DNA of 64,000 nt from Centroscyllium fabricii (Eukaryota): assembly GCA_051313645.2 (NCBI GenBank), contig JBNRSN020000018.1:54870001-54934000 (forward strand), in the 5' to 3' direction. The notes below the pieces were generated by a model. That model saw only the letters and a program-made list of their open reading frames with translations. It did no database searches and was not told the origin of the DNA. Below are positions 9,910 to 23,574 of the stretch, one piece after another; position 1 is the stretch's first letter, and the number at the start of each line of letters is the position of its first letter. Position numbers and translations under genes: made by a program.

Positions 9910-11600
9910 TTTGCAAAATTTAAAATATTGCCCTGTATACCCAAGTCCAGGTCATTAATATATATCAAAAGGAGCAGTGGTCCTAATACCGACCCCTGGG
10001 GGACAACATTGCACACTTCCCTCCAGTCTGAAAAACAACCGTTCACCGCTAGCCTTTACTTTCTGTCACTTAGCCAGTTTTGTATCCACGGAACCACTGT
10101 CCCTTTAATCCCATGGGCTTCAGTTTTGCTAACAAGTCTGTTATGTAGTACTTTATCAAACGTCATTTGAAAATCCATATGCACAACATCAACTGCACTA
10201 CTCTCATCAACCCTCTCCGTTACTTCATCCAAGAACTCAATCAAGTTAGTCAACCACGATTTGCCATTCTGGCTTTAATTTATTAACCCATATTTTTCCA
10301 AGTGGCAATTAATTTTGTACCGGATTAATGTCACCAAACATTTCCCCATCAGCAACTTTATGCTGACTAGCCTGTAGTTGCCAGGTTTATCCCTCTCCCT
10401 TGTTTTGAACAGGGATGTAACATTGCAATCATCCAGTCCTCTGGCACCAGTCCCATATCTAAGGAGGATTGGACGATTGTGGCCAGAGTCGCCGCAATTT
10501 CCACTCTTTCTTCCCTTAGCATCCTAGGATGCATCCCATCCGGACTGGGTGACTTTACTACTTTCAGCATGGTTGAATATTGTATCTGTGTATCTGAAAG
10601 AGAACACAAAACAAGATCAGCAGAGAAAATTAACTTAAAGGAGGAAAGTCCTAGCAGGACTAATACCATAAATGTTTACAGCACAAAAGGAAGCCATTCA
10701 TGTCTGTGCCAGCTCGTTGCTCGAGCAATCCAAAACTAATCCCACTACTCTGCTTTCTCCCAATAACCCTGTACCTTCCTGTGCTTCAAATATTTTAGAT
10801 TTTCCCACAAAAAAATCCAATAATCTCTGCCTCAACCTTGCATGTGCCAAAGCATTCCATGCTCCAACAACCCTCTGTGTAAAGGAATTTCTCTTAAGCT
10901 CTCTCCTCACTCTCAGTAACAAACTTAAATTGATGACCCCTCATCACTGACTCCCCAACCAGAGGAAATAGTCTTTCCTTATCAACTCTGTCGAATCCTT
11001 TCATGATTTAAAAAAAATCTATGAAAATTTCTCAGCCTTCTCTGTTCTGTTAGAGATAGTTCTAGTATCTCATGCCTCTCCTCATAACTACAGTTTCTCA
11101 TCCCTGGTATGGTCCCATTGAATCAATGCTGTATGCTCTCTATGGCTTTAATGTCCTTTCTAAAATGGGGTACCCAAAACTGGACACAGTACTCTTTTGT
11201 ATAGTTATCATTTTTACTTTACTCTTATATTCTATGCCCCTATTTATATAACTTGAAATGCTGTTGGCCTTTCCTATGGCTTTATTTCCCTGCTCTTATA
11301 CTTTCAAGGAATTATGTATCTGATCCCCTAGCTTTCACTAATCCACATTAATTTGCATCTGCCACCTGTCTGCTCATTCCACTAACCTGTCTACGTCTTT
11401 TACAGTCTTTCTTACTGCCACCCCCCCCCCCCCACTTTTGTATCAGGCAAATTTTGAGGTTGTGTTCACTAAACCCAAATCCAAATGATCTAAATGGTAT
11501 ACCGAGAACAAAAGTGGATCCAACACTGATCTCTGGGATATACACCTTCTCCAATCTGACCAACACCCATTTACCTTAACTTGATGGCTGAGAAATTTGA
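9910..11600 (-). mobile_element. Degraded CR1 LINE fragments (RT and 3' part)
   Basis: Minus-strand peptides TNLIEFLDEVT, FDKVLHNRL, KSPSPDGMHPRML and FTQRVVGAWN are typical of CR1 ORF2. Confidence 0.85.
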
Positions 11601-11619
11601 TCACACTGCATCCGTAGAA

Positions 11620-13030
11620 CAGGAGCCTAAGGGTCCAATATGCTAGGCAGCGGCATGCGCTCATTTAGCGCCGCCCACCATATTGGATTGGGCTCCTCCA
11701 TAAATGTCCAGAGCACAGGCCAGCAGTATTAAAAAGCCTCATTATAATATTTAAATAAGGATCCTAAACTTATTGTCCCAGTGCCTGACTCACCATTGCT
11801 CAGCAACTCGTAGCGTCAACAGGCAGAAAGGACCCTGCTGCAGTGCTATTTAAACCGCTTATCCGCTCCATGCAGGTTAGTTACTGGTTGGTCCTGAACG
11901 CTGCTGGTTAACTTCTGGGTATTTTTTTTGCCTTTTGCCATTAACCTTTTGCTGGTGCTGAACGGCTTTGCCTGCCTTCAAAGCAGCTTTATGGCAGTCA
12001 TGGGTGATCTGGTAGGTCTGCCTTTGGGGCTGAAGAATGAAGGGGAGCAGCCAAGAAGACTGGAGCGAACAGGAGCAGCTGGGAGAAGAGGGAGGAAGGG
12101 GGCACTGCGCAGGAGACCATACCCACAGCAGTCATCCAGGGAGCACTTCTCATACCTTAACTTCACTGAGGAGCTATGTGTCAGGCACCTTCGCTTCACC
12201 AAAGAGGCTATCACCGAGCTATGTCATTTGCTGCAGCCACAACTCAAGTTTCAAATCTGGGCATGGACAGCCCTTCATTTTCATACCGCAGCAGGTGACA
12301 TCAGCCAGTTTGCTGATGTGATTGAGGCATTCTGTGCCAGGTGGAGCAGCCACATTGCTATACCTATTTACAGAGCAAGGCAGGGCGGCACGGTGGCATA
12401 GTGGCTAGCACCGTTGCCTTACAGCACTGGAGACCCGGGTTCAAATCCAGCCTCGGGTACTATCTGTGTGGAGTTTGCACATTCTCCCCGTGTCTGCGTG
12501 GGTTTCCTCCGGGTGCTCCGGTTTCCTCCCACAGTCCAAAGATGTGCGGGTTAGGTTGATTGGCCAGGATAAATTGACCCTTAGTGTTAGGGGGATTAAA
12601 TATGTGGGGTTACAGGGATAGGGTGGGATATGTGTCGGTGCAGGCTCAAGAGGGATGTGGGGACGGGGCAGGGACGGGGTGCTGGGTTTGGATGATCAGC
12701 CATGATCTCATTGAATGGCGGAGCAGGCTCGAAGGGCCGAATGGCCTACTCCTGCTCCTAGTTTCTATGAGAGCAAACTGGGCTTCACCATGGCATGGAT
12801 TACACCCACATTGTCTTGCGTGCTTCCTATCACCAGCCTAGCACCTTCACCAATTGGAAACGATTTCACTCCCTCAATGTATAGCTGGTTTGTAGCCCCA
12901 GGCAGCGCATCCTGCAGGTCTGTGCCCGGTATACTGGCAGCAGTCATGACTCGTTCATCCTCTGTCAGTCCTTTGTGTCACCTTAATTTCAACCAGGCTG
13001 GCAAGTTACAGTCCGGCTACTGAGTGACAA
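11620..13030 (+). mobile_element. PIF/Harbinger transposon relic (HARBI1-like transposase fragments), interrupted by a SINE/CR1 insertion
   Basis: Peptide YLNFTEELCVRHLRFTKEAITELCHLLQPQL resembles the N-terminus of Harbinger transposases; heavily decayed. Confidence 0.65.
12383..12768 (+). mobile_element. HE1-like V-SINE followed by a CR1 3' tail
   Basis: tRNA-like head GGCACGGTGGC...GGGTTCAAATCC; V-domain TGTGTGGAGTTTGCAC...GGGTTTCCTCCGGGTGCTCCGG; CR1 tail GAATGGCCTACTCCTGCTCC. Confidence 0.9.
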
Positions 13031-13405
13031 AACATGGAAAGCCCTGCATTTAGAAATATTATACAAGCAGCTCTTTGGTAACAAGGACAGAATTTTTTGA
13101 TCAGTTTCACATTGCTCCTCGACCTTTAAGACTTTTATCCAGTACACTCGCATTTGTCTTTGTCGGAGGTTAAACAGGTTAACCCTCTCTCTTTATCCAA
13201 GTCTTTATGAACTCTTGTAGATATTTTTTTAAATACTACTGTTCAAATTACTTTGCACCACTTATAGTCAACAGCAATTTCAAAGCAGTGAAAAACTGAC
13301 CAGGCGACAACTCTGGTTTCAACAAGTTTTAAAAATGGCCTTTTATTTTAGTGAATTTGTCTGATTTGGAAGGATTCTCATGCGATTTATAATCCAAATT
13401 TGCAG

Positions 13406-13654
13406 GTGAATGAAATACAAGGAAAGGTCAAGGGTGTTACACGAAAGATGATGGCTGTGGTCTCGGAGCTGTCTATGCAACAGGCCAATGCTATGCAACT
13501 CCAACAGGATGTCCGGGATAAGCAGAATTTCCTGGAGTCATGCCACCTACGGATGGAGCAGGGTATGGCACCCAGTGAAGAGTGTGAATACGAGTGGCAG
13601 AAAATAGTGCTCAAAGACTGCAGACACAAATTGGAGAGTGAGGCGAAATCCAAG
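13406..13654 (+). CDS. CCDC146: CCDC146 penultimate coding exon
   Basis: TTTGCAG| acceptor and |GTATGA donor, 249 nt, phase 0. VNEIQGKVKGVTRKMMAVVSELSMQQA...EWQK matches the recalled vertebrate CCDC146 sequence (KMMALVAELSMKQA). Confidence 0.9.
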
Positions 13655-13731
13655 GTATGAATCCAGCTGGTCGTGTCAGCTATCAGGAAAAAAATTGTTA
13701 TGGGAAGAGTAGATGCTATTTAAGGTACGGA

Positions 13732-16036
13732 GGCCTAGAAATTCGGGTGCATCCATTTATGGGTACACGGGGCGGTGGGGGGCACAGAGTATGATTCCTG
13801 CTCCTGAATAGTAGGCTGCGATTTTGCCGGCACTCAGCGGACCAGCTGTGAAATTTAAAATGATTGACAGCAGCTCAGGAACCCGCTGTGAAAATGCACA
13901 CACCTGCATTTCCCGATGTCGAGTCTTCCAGCGCGGAGTAGATCCGACAGGCAGCAGCGGGGGACCCAATTCAAATCATCAGGGGCTTGTTTACAGCCAC
14001 TTAATGCTTTTTGTCGCAGCTTTTTAACTTTCACAGGTCTCCTACAGCTTTCCTGCTGTGCCTAGGCCTCGTCAGTGAAGCTGAGGCAGGAGGTCAGTGC
14101 CAATGAATCAGCTGATGAGTTGACAGCTTCAAATGTCAACTCAAAGCTCCCAGCTGATTCAGATATCTTCCCTTCAGCACTTGCATCTCTAAACTGCATT
14201 TTCACTACAGATTCAGAATGCTGCAAGTCCTTACACAAGTCTCCATGCAGTCTGACCTCATTACCTCTCTCACCATTGACAGATCGCTTCTCTCATCTCT
14301 GCTTCACCTGCCATCTATTCCATCAGCATGGGTGCACTTCATACTCTCTCACCTTGGTCCTCAGAATCTGACCACGATCAGCCCCAACACCAGCATCACC
14401 TGGCACACCAGCAGCACCAACAACCACACCAACCTTCTCCACAATCACCTGATGTTGCACAGGACAGAGGGCATCAGCACCCGAGCACATTGTTGCCCAG
14501 AACGCCATCACCATGGCCACATTTACTTCACTTGATGCTGTACACCCTGGCTGCCACACCAACAACATAAAGCATCCCTACAATGCCCAAGCCATTCCTT
14601 TCACACTCCTCAGCATTGCAGGGGGTACCGTTATGTCTCACCATTCACTGCAACTCACTAAGCTACTTCCTAAAGGTGCCAAGAAAACAGTGTTGAAAAT
14701 AAAGATTTCAATGTTGGTGATAGGAACATTGGCTAAAACACACAAGTGCCTACCCTTGTGTATTGTTAGTTGGTATGATTGGATGAGGGTGAGTGTGAGG
14801 GGTGGCTAGTGAGATGGGGAAGTGATAAAGTAGAGAGAGAGGGATGGGTGGAGGTGCAAGGTAAGTTGGTGTGAGTAAGGATGTGCAGGAGTCGGTAGGG
14901 AAGGCTGAGTGATGGGGATGTGATGAGTGGCACAGCAGGATGAGGTTGAGTGCGGCTTTGCAGTAACGTTCCATGACTACTAAGATCATTGAAAAGTTTG
15001 CGCCACTGCAGCCTGGTCCTCCTAATGACATCCTTGCTGGTGCCCTCTGCAATGTGCAACCAGGCTGCATTGGTCCCCTGGGGAGGTCTCTTACACCCAT
15101 GGGAAGTTAAGAGGACCTCCCTGCATGCTGTGACTCCCTCCACAATCATATGGAGGGGAGTCATGGGAGAGGTTGGGTGCAGCCGTGCACCTCTGTGCAG
15201 TCATTGTCAGTGTTTGCAGCACCTCAATGCTGTAGAACACTGACAGCACAAATGTCAAAGTAAATTTGCACATGGTCCCTTTAAGTAAACCAGCTGATGA
15301 CGACGCGTCATAAATATCATCATCAGACCCGCTTCCTTCAAATGGCTTGAAAGCTCACTGGGCAGGCTTAACAAGCCTAATCAAGGGAAAGTCATGTCAG
15401 AGCCAGAATGGAACCAACAGCAGGGCCGAGATCCACTACCTACGCGCCCACATCGGACCCACCTTGGTTGGAAAAATCGCAACCGTGCAGTCCGAGGAGC
15501 CCCATATATTGGGCCTCGTGCCTCATCATCAAGCTGGGGTGGAGGAAGTAACTCATGTGTGTGCAGACCCCGTGGTGGTGGGGGGGTGGAGGGAGGGGGG
15601 TGAAGAGATTTCAGGTCCGGAGTAGAGTTTGCGTGTCGGGGGGGGGGGGGGGGGGGGAAGAGATTGCAAGTCTCGGGGCGTGATCGGAGGCCACGGGGGC
15701 TTTGTTGCCTGGGGGGGGGGGTAAGTGGCATTCATCGGGAGGAGTTAGCGGGAACAAGGGGTTAGCAACAGCCAGCAGCGGCCTGGGGTCAAGAAGAGCA
15801 CTCCTGTTCCGCCTGGCTCCACATTTAAGTTATGTATGAAGTCCTTCCTGCCGGTTAGCGCCACATTCTGCAATAAGTGTTCAGCACGTGACGAGTGTCG
15901 CGTTGGGGTGGTCGAAGAACGTAAATGGTTCCTTATTCAAAATGGTGGGTGGCGCACCTCTGGCTGGAAATGTGCGCGCTTCCTGCCCACAATATTGGAA
16001 GCTTGGGAAGCTGTTTCGCGCCCGAATATCTAGGCT
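13732..16036. mobile_element. Harbinger-type element relic with a Myb/SANT-like gene fragment, in the last CCDC146 intron
   Basis: Imperfect TIRs GGCCTAGAAATTCGGGTGC / GCGCCCGAATATCTAGGCT. Minus-strand peptide REVLL...AAWLHIAE...RRTRLQWRKLFNDL (about 14980-15125) is Myb/SANT-like. TSD not preserved. Confidence 0.7.
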
Positions 16037-16440
16037 GTTATTTTGCTTTTACTGCGTATAGTCATGACATCACTTTTATAAAATCCTAGCATTTATTTAA
16101 ATGGAGAGATGTGTTAATACTGTTCATTACATTATTAGACTAGAAAATCAATAACTATAATAGTAGCTGGTTTGGAATAATCAGCTTAATTACACTAGTA
16201 ATAGAAGTGAGAGATCCATTGCGAAGATATTTTTACTATTAGTAAATCCGATGGCCTATGTCTAAGAACCATCTCCCAGAATTCAACACAATGTCAGAAT
16301 AACTTGTTATTAAATACCCACGAAATGAAACCGAGTGCGCCACCAATCCACAATAAAGTATTTTCACATCATTCAGTATTTAGCAATTGCATTAAAAGTA
16401 AACAATGAAGACACTTTTCCCCATTTTGTTCCAAAATTAG

Positions 16441-16644
16441 GAAGCTGAAGAGGAGGAAAAGCATTTATTGCCTGGTGGAGTCTTTACAACAGCTGAACCA
16501 CGACCAAATGCATATATCCCAGATGGTGACTCTGGACTGCCTATTCCACACCCTTACGGAAAAATGGTTCCATTTAAACCCAGTGAGCCCAGTGCACACA
16601 TGCGACATTATAGAAAACCAGTCAACAAACCCATTGAAATATGA
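16441..16644 (+). CDS. CCDC146: CCDC146 terminal coding exon
   Basis: AG| acceptor at 16439-16440. [67 protein letters not shown] matches the conserved CCDC146 C-terminus. Confidence 0.93.
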   Translation, partial: EAEEEEKHLLPGGVFTTAEPRPNAYIPDGDSGLPIPHPYGKMVPFKPSEPSAHMRHYRKPVNKPIEI

Positions 16645-17384
16645 TATTGATGTCAGCTGTATCCTAAAAATTATTACATTAATACTCTAACAAAGTCCAC
16701 CTACAAGGAGACATATTTGTCAGTGCTGAATAATCAAAGCATCTAAAAAAAATTACATTGTTTACAAATTGCTAACTTTTTGAAAAGTTTTTGATTTGTT
16801 GGTAAAGTATAATTTTCACAAATAGTTTTATTTTAAGATAGATTTGCATATCTAAGTCAGTTTATATTGATTAAACTCTGACACTTTTATTATACTGAAA
16901 TTAGATTGTTTCCCAAGCTATTTTTATTTTCTTTGGTAAAATATACCGAATTGAAAATGTTGCAAACAGATGCAAGATGCCAATAAACTAAACCTAATTA
17001 TTTTGCTACAAGTATGTCATCTATCACAAGTGCTGTTTCTGAAGCTACTGTGCCATGTTTTGGAAGATTGTCAGTGAAAAGGATGTGTTAACCCGTTACC
17101 TTATTAAGCAAACAATTAAACCACAACATACAAAATTAGCACAATAAGTGTGGTGAGTTTTGCAGTTTATCAGTGTTCCATTTTCTGTCTTCATCTAATT
17201 CAATGTTATAAAATTAAGGGGTCTGTAATCAGGGAAATGTTACCCATTCCTTGATGGTCCTCTTTAACTATTAAAAAAAACTTCCAATAAGATATGCATT
17301 GTTTTCAAGAGATCAACTAGAGAGAAGATTTTTTTAAATTCTGAATACCTGAAGAAACACTCCTACTACATAATGAATGTAAGA

Positions 17385-17470
17385 ATGTAAGAAGTCACAA
17401 CACCAGGTTATAGTCCAACAGCTTTATTAGAAATCACCAGCTTTCGGAGCGCTGCTCCTTCGTCACCTGA
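17385..17470 (-). mobile_element. Short Penelope-like terminal fragment
   Basis: Reverse complement of the repeat at 39631-39750; contains GGAGCAGCGCTCCGAAAGC. Confidence 0.6.
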
Positions 17471-18789
17471 ATAATGGTAAAACATTTTAATTGAAGGCTC
17501 TTTATCTGAAGGCTCTTTATCTGAAGGCTCTTTATCTGAATGCACAAAGCATTTGTAACAAGATAACAAATTAGTGGCACAAAGAGAAAAATGGCTTTGA
17601 TCTAATAGCCATTACAGAGACGTGGTTGCAAGGTGACCAAGATTGGGAGCTAAATATTCCAGGGTACTTGACATTTATCATATCGACAGGCAGAATGGAA
17701 AAGGAAGCCGGTGGAGGGGGGGCGGTAGCCCTGATAATAAAGGATGACATAAGGACAGTTATGAGGAAAGGGTCTTAGCTCGGAAGATCAGGAAGTAGAA
17801 TCAGTATGCGTGGAGATAAGAAATAACAAAGGGGCCGAAAATGCTGGTGGGAGTAGTTTAGAGGCCTCCAAACAGTAGCTATACCGTTAAGAGTATTAAT
17901 CAAGAAATAATAAGAGCTTGTAACAAAAGGTAATACAATGATCATGGGGGACGTTAATCTTCATTTAGATTGGCAAAGGTAGTCTGGAGGACGAGTTCAT
18001 GGAATGCATTCCAGACAGTTTGCTAGAACAATATGTCATGGAACCAACCAGAGAACAGGTTATTTTAGATCTTGTGTTGTGTAATGTCACAGGGTTAATT
18101 AGTAATCTCATAATAAAGGATCCTCTGGAGAAGCGTGATCATATGATAACATTTCACATTGAGTTTGAGAGTGAAAACGAGTCTTAAACTTAAATAAAAC
18201 CAATTACATAGGTATGAGGGGAGAATTAGCCAAGGTAGATTGGGAAATTAGATTAATACATATGACAGTAGGTAAGCAGTAGCAAACATTTAAAGAAATA
18301 TTCTAAAGTTCTCAACGAATATACATTCCATTGAGAAGTAAAAACTCCATGGGAAAAGTGATACATCCGGGGCTAACTAAAGAAATTAACGATAGTATTA
18401 AATTAATAGAAGAGGCTTATAATGTTGCAAAGAATAGTAGTAAGCCTGAGGATTTTGCAATATTAGAAACCAGCAAAGGATGTCCAAAAAATTGATTAAA
18501 AGGGAGAAAATAGAATGAGAATAAGCTAGCAAGAAATATAAAGAGAGATTGTAAGAGTTCCTACAATTATGTAAAAAGACAGTAGCTAAAGTAAGCGTTG
18601 GTCCCTTAGAGGCTGAGACAGGTGAAATTATTATGGGGAATAAGGAAATGGCAGAGACTTCAAACAAATATTTTGTATGTGTCTGCACAGTAAAAGACAC
18701 AAAAAGCATACCAAAAATAGTGGGGAACCAAGGGGCTAATGAGAGTGAGGAAATTAAAGTTATTAATAATCGAGAAACTAATGGGACTA

Positions 18790-21700
18790 TGTGGTAATCA
18801 CACATAACCACTGTATATAGTTGTCGGTTTACCTGTGTAGTATTGTAGGCCAGGTCAGCCACACCCCTAACTCCTCCCCTCAAGTCGGAGTATATAGGTG
18901 AGTGCTGACCTGCCCCCACTCATACTTCACCTTGACCTCATCAGGTGACCAGCTCCATTCTTAGTTAATAAAAGCCTGTAGTTTAGGTAACTACTCGTCT
19001 TTGCATGATTAATTGACGATACGTCAATGTTATTAACTAAAAAATTTAAAACATGGACAGCAATGCAGTGAGACCGGATCGCCTTGATATAAATCCTCAG
19101 GCGCCCGATGCTGCTCACGATTTTGAACACTGGTTTGGCCTGGTCGAGGCCTACATGAAGGCCGTAAAGGCAACGAGTGATGAGAACAAACTCCAGGTAC
19201 TCTCAGCACGGATCAGCGGCCGGGTGTACTCCTTTATCCGCGGCCTCACGACTTACGAGGAAGCGGTCAAGTAATTGGAGGACAGCTACATGCGCCCGGC
19301 CCCTCAGTCTACGCCAGGCATGTTCTGGCAACCAGAAGACAACGACTCGGTGAGTCTAATTAACAATTCCTGCTAGCGCGCCAAGCCCTCGCACGGGCCT
19401 GCGACTGCAAGGCAAGGACAGCGGAGGAAGAGGCGAACCTTCTAGTCCGCGATGCCTACGTTGCAGGACTCAGATCCAGCCAGGCCCGCCAGCGGCTGCT
19501 GGAGCAGGAGACACTGTCACTCGAGTCTGCGGTAACTCTTTCTAATGCGATGGATGGGGCGCGCAAGAAGATGGATGCGTACAGGGATCACGACTCCCAC
19601 GCAGGCACACGAGCCCTGGGCGATCTTCCACACAAGCACACCTGACGCCTGGATGACACAGAGACGGGCTGAGGCCCCCACAACAGCAGCGGCCGCCGCG
19701 GGGGCACAGATGCTACTTCTGCGGCCAAGGAAAGCACCCGCGGGCACAGTGCCCCGCGAAGAATGCGACCTGCGCGCGGTGCACTTAGAAGGGGCACTAC
19801 GCTAAAGCGTGCAAATCCAGCCTGGTCTCCAACTCCAGACCCAACAGCGCGGCCTGAGAGCAGTGACGCCACTCCGTGGCTACAGGTACGGTGTTGCGGC
19901 GCAACCCAGCAGCGGTCAGCCGGGGGTAAATCGCGGGCGCCTCCATCCCCTGTAAGTGTACGGCGGAGGCCGGCTACGTGCGCGGCACAGGCGCCGCCAT
20001 CCCAAACGCGACCGCGACCGGCCATGTGCGACCCCCCGGCGCCGCCATCTTGCCCACAGCCCTCGGCCGTGTGCGAACCACGGGTGCCGCCATATTGTCC
20101 ACAGCGGTCGGCTGCGTGCGAACCACGGGCGCCGCCATCTTGTCCACAGCGGCCAGCCGCGTGCGAATGGGCGCCGCCATCTTGTCCTCAGCGGTCAGCC
20201 GCGTGCGAACCATGGGCGCTGCCATCTTGCCCACAGCAGCCGGACACGTGCGAATCGCCAGCGCCGCCATCTTCCGAGCGGCCATCTTGCCAACCGCCCC
20301 GGCCGGTGCCCCAGCTAGCGGAGGGCCCCCACACACACATACACTTCGGCCTCAGCCACCGTTGGTTAGGCTAGGCCGCACGCCTTGTCCAACTTTATGA
20401 TGGGGATAAAAGGTGGACGGGGACGTCACAAACCGTCTGTTCGACACCGGTAGCACAGAGAGCTTTATACACCCCGACACGATGCGGCGCGACACACTGC
20501 AGACCCAGCCCACGCGCTACCAAATCTCCCTTGCCTCAAAGTCCCACACTGTGGACATCACTGGCTACTGTAGCGTCATGCTCACGATCAGGGACCGCAT
20601 TTACCGCAACTTTAAGTTGTACGTACTCCAACAGCTGTGCGCCCCAGTCTTACTGGGACTGGATTTCCAGTGTCACCTGAAGAGCGTGACGATGGATTTC
20701 AGTGGAACCCTGGCCCCCCTCACCGTCAGTAGCCGGGACAATCGCAACTTAATGCGGAGCTCGACTTGTGGCCTGTCCACATTAAAAGTCGACCCCCCCT
20801 CACTGTTCGCCAATCTCGACCCCAAATGCAAGTCCATTGCTACCAAAAGTCGGCGCTACAGTGCAGGGGACCAGGCGTTCATCAGGTCGGAGGTCAAGCG
20901 CATGCTGAAAGAAGGGATCATTGAGGCCAGCACCAGCCCCTGGCGGGCCCAGGTCATGGTGGTTAAGACGGGCAAGAAACTGCGCGTGGTCATTGACTAT
21001 AGCCAGACGATTAACCGCTACACCGGGCTCGACACCTACGCCCTCCCCCGCATCTCGGATATGGTGAACCAGATCGCCCAGTACAAGGTCTTTTCCACAA
21101 TCAACCTCAGGTCGGCATATCACCAACTCCCCATCTGGAAATCCGACCGCCGGTACACCGCCTTCGAGGCAAACGGCAGGCTCTACCACTTCCTCCGGGT
21201 CCCCTTCGGCGTGACCAACGGGGTGTCGGTGTTCCAGAGGGAGATGGACCGCATGGTTGACCAGAATGGGTTGCAGGCCACTTTCCCCTACCTGGACAAC
21301 ATGACCATCTGTGGCCATGACCAGCAGGACCACGATGCCAACCTCGCCAAATTCCTGCACATGGCGAAACGGCTGGACCTAACATACAATAAAGACAAGT
21401 GTATCTTTAGTACGGACCGGCTCGCTATCCTCGGGTATGTGGTGGCAAACAGGGTCCTCGGCCCCGATCCACAGCGTATGCGCCCCTTGCAAGAGCTGCC
21501 CTTACCTCACAACCCCAAAGCCCTGAGGAGATGCCTAGGGTTCTTTTCTTATTACGCGCAATGGGTCCCCCAGTACGCGGATAAGGCCAGACCTCTCCTC
21601 AAGGCTGACGTCTTCCCCCTCTCGGCAGAAGCCCAAATGGCATTCGCTCGGATCAAGGAAGACATCAAGGCGACCGTGCACGCCGTTGATGAGTCCATCC

Positions 21701-23475
21701 CTTTCCAGGTGGAGAGTGACGCTTCGTACTTCGCCCTTGCCGCCACCCTGAACCAGGCAGGCAGGCCCGTAGCGTTCTTCTTCTGCACCCTACAGGGACC
21801 CGAAACCCGCAACTCAATGGTGGAAAAGGAGGCCCAGGCCATCGTGGAGGCAGTGCGCTACTGGCGTCATTACCTGGCCGGTAAGCGTTTTACCCTGCTC
21901 ACCGACCAACGATCGGTGGCGTTTATGTTTAACAATAAACAACGGGGTAAAATCAAGAATGAGAAGATCCTTCGGTGGCGGATCGAACTCTCGACTTACG
22001 AGTAGGACATTCTTTACCATCTAGGCAAGCTCAACGAACCCCCGGACGCACTGTCCAGGGGAACGTGTGCCAGCACCCAGCTGAAGGCCCTCCACAATCG
22101 CCTCTGCCACGCGGGTGTTACCAGACTCGCCCACTTCGTCAAAGCCTGTAGCCTCCCCTACTCTCACGGAGATTAAGGCTATGACCAAAGAGTGCCCTGT
22201 CTGTGCCGAGTGCAAAGCCAATTCTACAGGCCAGACAGGGCGCACGTCATCAAAGCTACCCGCCCCTTTGAACACCTGAGCATGGACTTCAAAGGCCCCC
22301 TTCCCTCCACTGACCGGAACTCGTATTTCCTAACTGTCATAGATGAGTTCTCATGCCTCCCCTTTGCCTTCCCCTGCCCAGATACGATGAGCGCAATGGT
22401 GATCAAGCACTTCACCACACTGTTCGCCATTTTCGGTCTCCCCAGCTACATCCATAGCGACCGGGGGTCGTCGTTCATGAGCGACGAACTGAGTCAGTTC
22501 CTGCTTAAGGGGTTGCCTCAAGCAGAATGACCAGTTACAACCCCCGGGCGAACGGCCAGGTAGAAAGGGACCATCTGGAAGGCGGTCAACCTGGGCCTGA
22601 AGTCCAGAGGCCTTCCAGTTTCCCGTTGGCAGGAGGTCCTCCCAGACGCGCTCCATGCCATCCGCTCTGTTGTGTACCGCCACTAACGCCACACCTCATG
22701 ACCTGTTGTTTTCCTTCCCTAGGAAGTCGACTTCGGGGACAGCACTCCCACTGTGGCTGACAGCGCAGGGGCCAGTATTGCTTAGAAAGCACGTCCGTGG
22801 CCACAAGACTGATGCCCTGCCGGAACAGGTGCACCTGCTCCATGCCAACCCGCAATATTCTTACATGGCATACCCGGGCGGGCGCATGGATACGGTCTCG
22901 ACCAGGGATCTGGCACCCGCCGGGAGCACAAGGGCAGAACCCCCGGTCGAGCCTCAGCTCGACCAGCCACCACCCACCGAATACTGGCCCCCATATACAC
23001 AGACACTGGGGCCCTCAACACCACCGATCGACGACCCGGGATCGGACGCCGCACCGCTAGCACCGTTGGCGGAGAGCATGACCCCGGCCCTGCAACCATC
23101 ACCGGCGCCCCGGCGGTCCCTCAGGCAGACGCGACCGCCAAAGAGACTGATAACGAACTGTTAAAGACTATGCTGATGTTTATTTTTCACCCCAAGGCAT
23201 GTTCACCCCGCCGGACTTGTTTTCAAACAAGGGGTGAATGTGGTAATCACGTATAACCACTGTATATATTTGCCGGTTTACCTGTGTAGTATTGTAGGCC
23301 AGGTCAGCCACACCCCTAACTCCTCCCCTCAGGTCGGAGTATATGCATGAGTGCTGACCTGCCCCCACTCATTCTTCACCTTGACCTCATCAGGAGACCA
23401 GCTCCATTCTTCGTTAATAAAAGCCTGTAGTTCAGGTAACAACTCGTCTTTGCGTGATTAATTGACGATACGTCA
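18790..23475 (+). mobile_element. Full-length but decayed Gypsy copy C (YLDN lineage)
   Basis: 237-bp LTRs at 18790-19026 and 23239-23475 (about 14 differences counted by eye). TSD GACTA/GATTA. Gag from 19053; pol 20413-23164 with stops and frameshifts. Confidence 0.95.
19975..20300 (+). repeat. 45-bp tandem repeats in the Gag-protease linker of copy C
   Basis: Units GGCGCCGCCATCTTG...GCGTGCGAACCACG encode AACEPRAPPSCPQRS-like peptides. Confidence 0.9.
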
Positions 23476-23574
23476 GATTAAAAGCTGACAAATCCCCTGG
23501 ACCAGATGGCCTACATCCTAGGGTTCTAAAAGAGGTGGCTGCAGAGATAGTGGATGCATTGGTTGTGATAAATG

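Larger units (their letters stand above)
17490..23570 (+). mobile_element. Degraded CR1 LINE (endonuclease to RT start), split by Gypsy copy C
   Basis: LKALYLNA endonuclease start and EPTREQVILDLVLCN; resumes at 23481 with AAAGCTGACAAATCCCCTGGACC. Confidence 0.85.

Noticed and set aside
12383-12455. tRNA gene
   Set aside because: It is the tRNA-derived head of a SINE, followed by the V-domain.
1-13405. FGL2 (nested in CCDC146 in mammals) or earlier CCDC146 exons
   Set aside because: No fibrinogen-domain or matching coiled-coil exon recognised; probably outside the window.
15575-15725. Long G runs as a functional G-quadruplex element (also 42530-42650)
   Set aside because: Low-complexity tracts within or next to transposon relics, prone to homopolymer error; no independent support.
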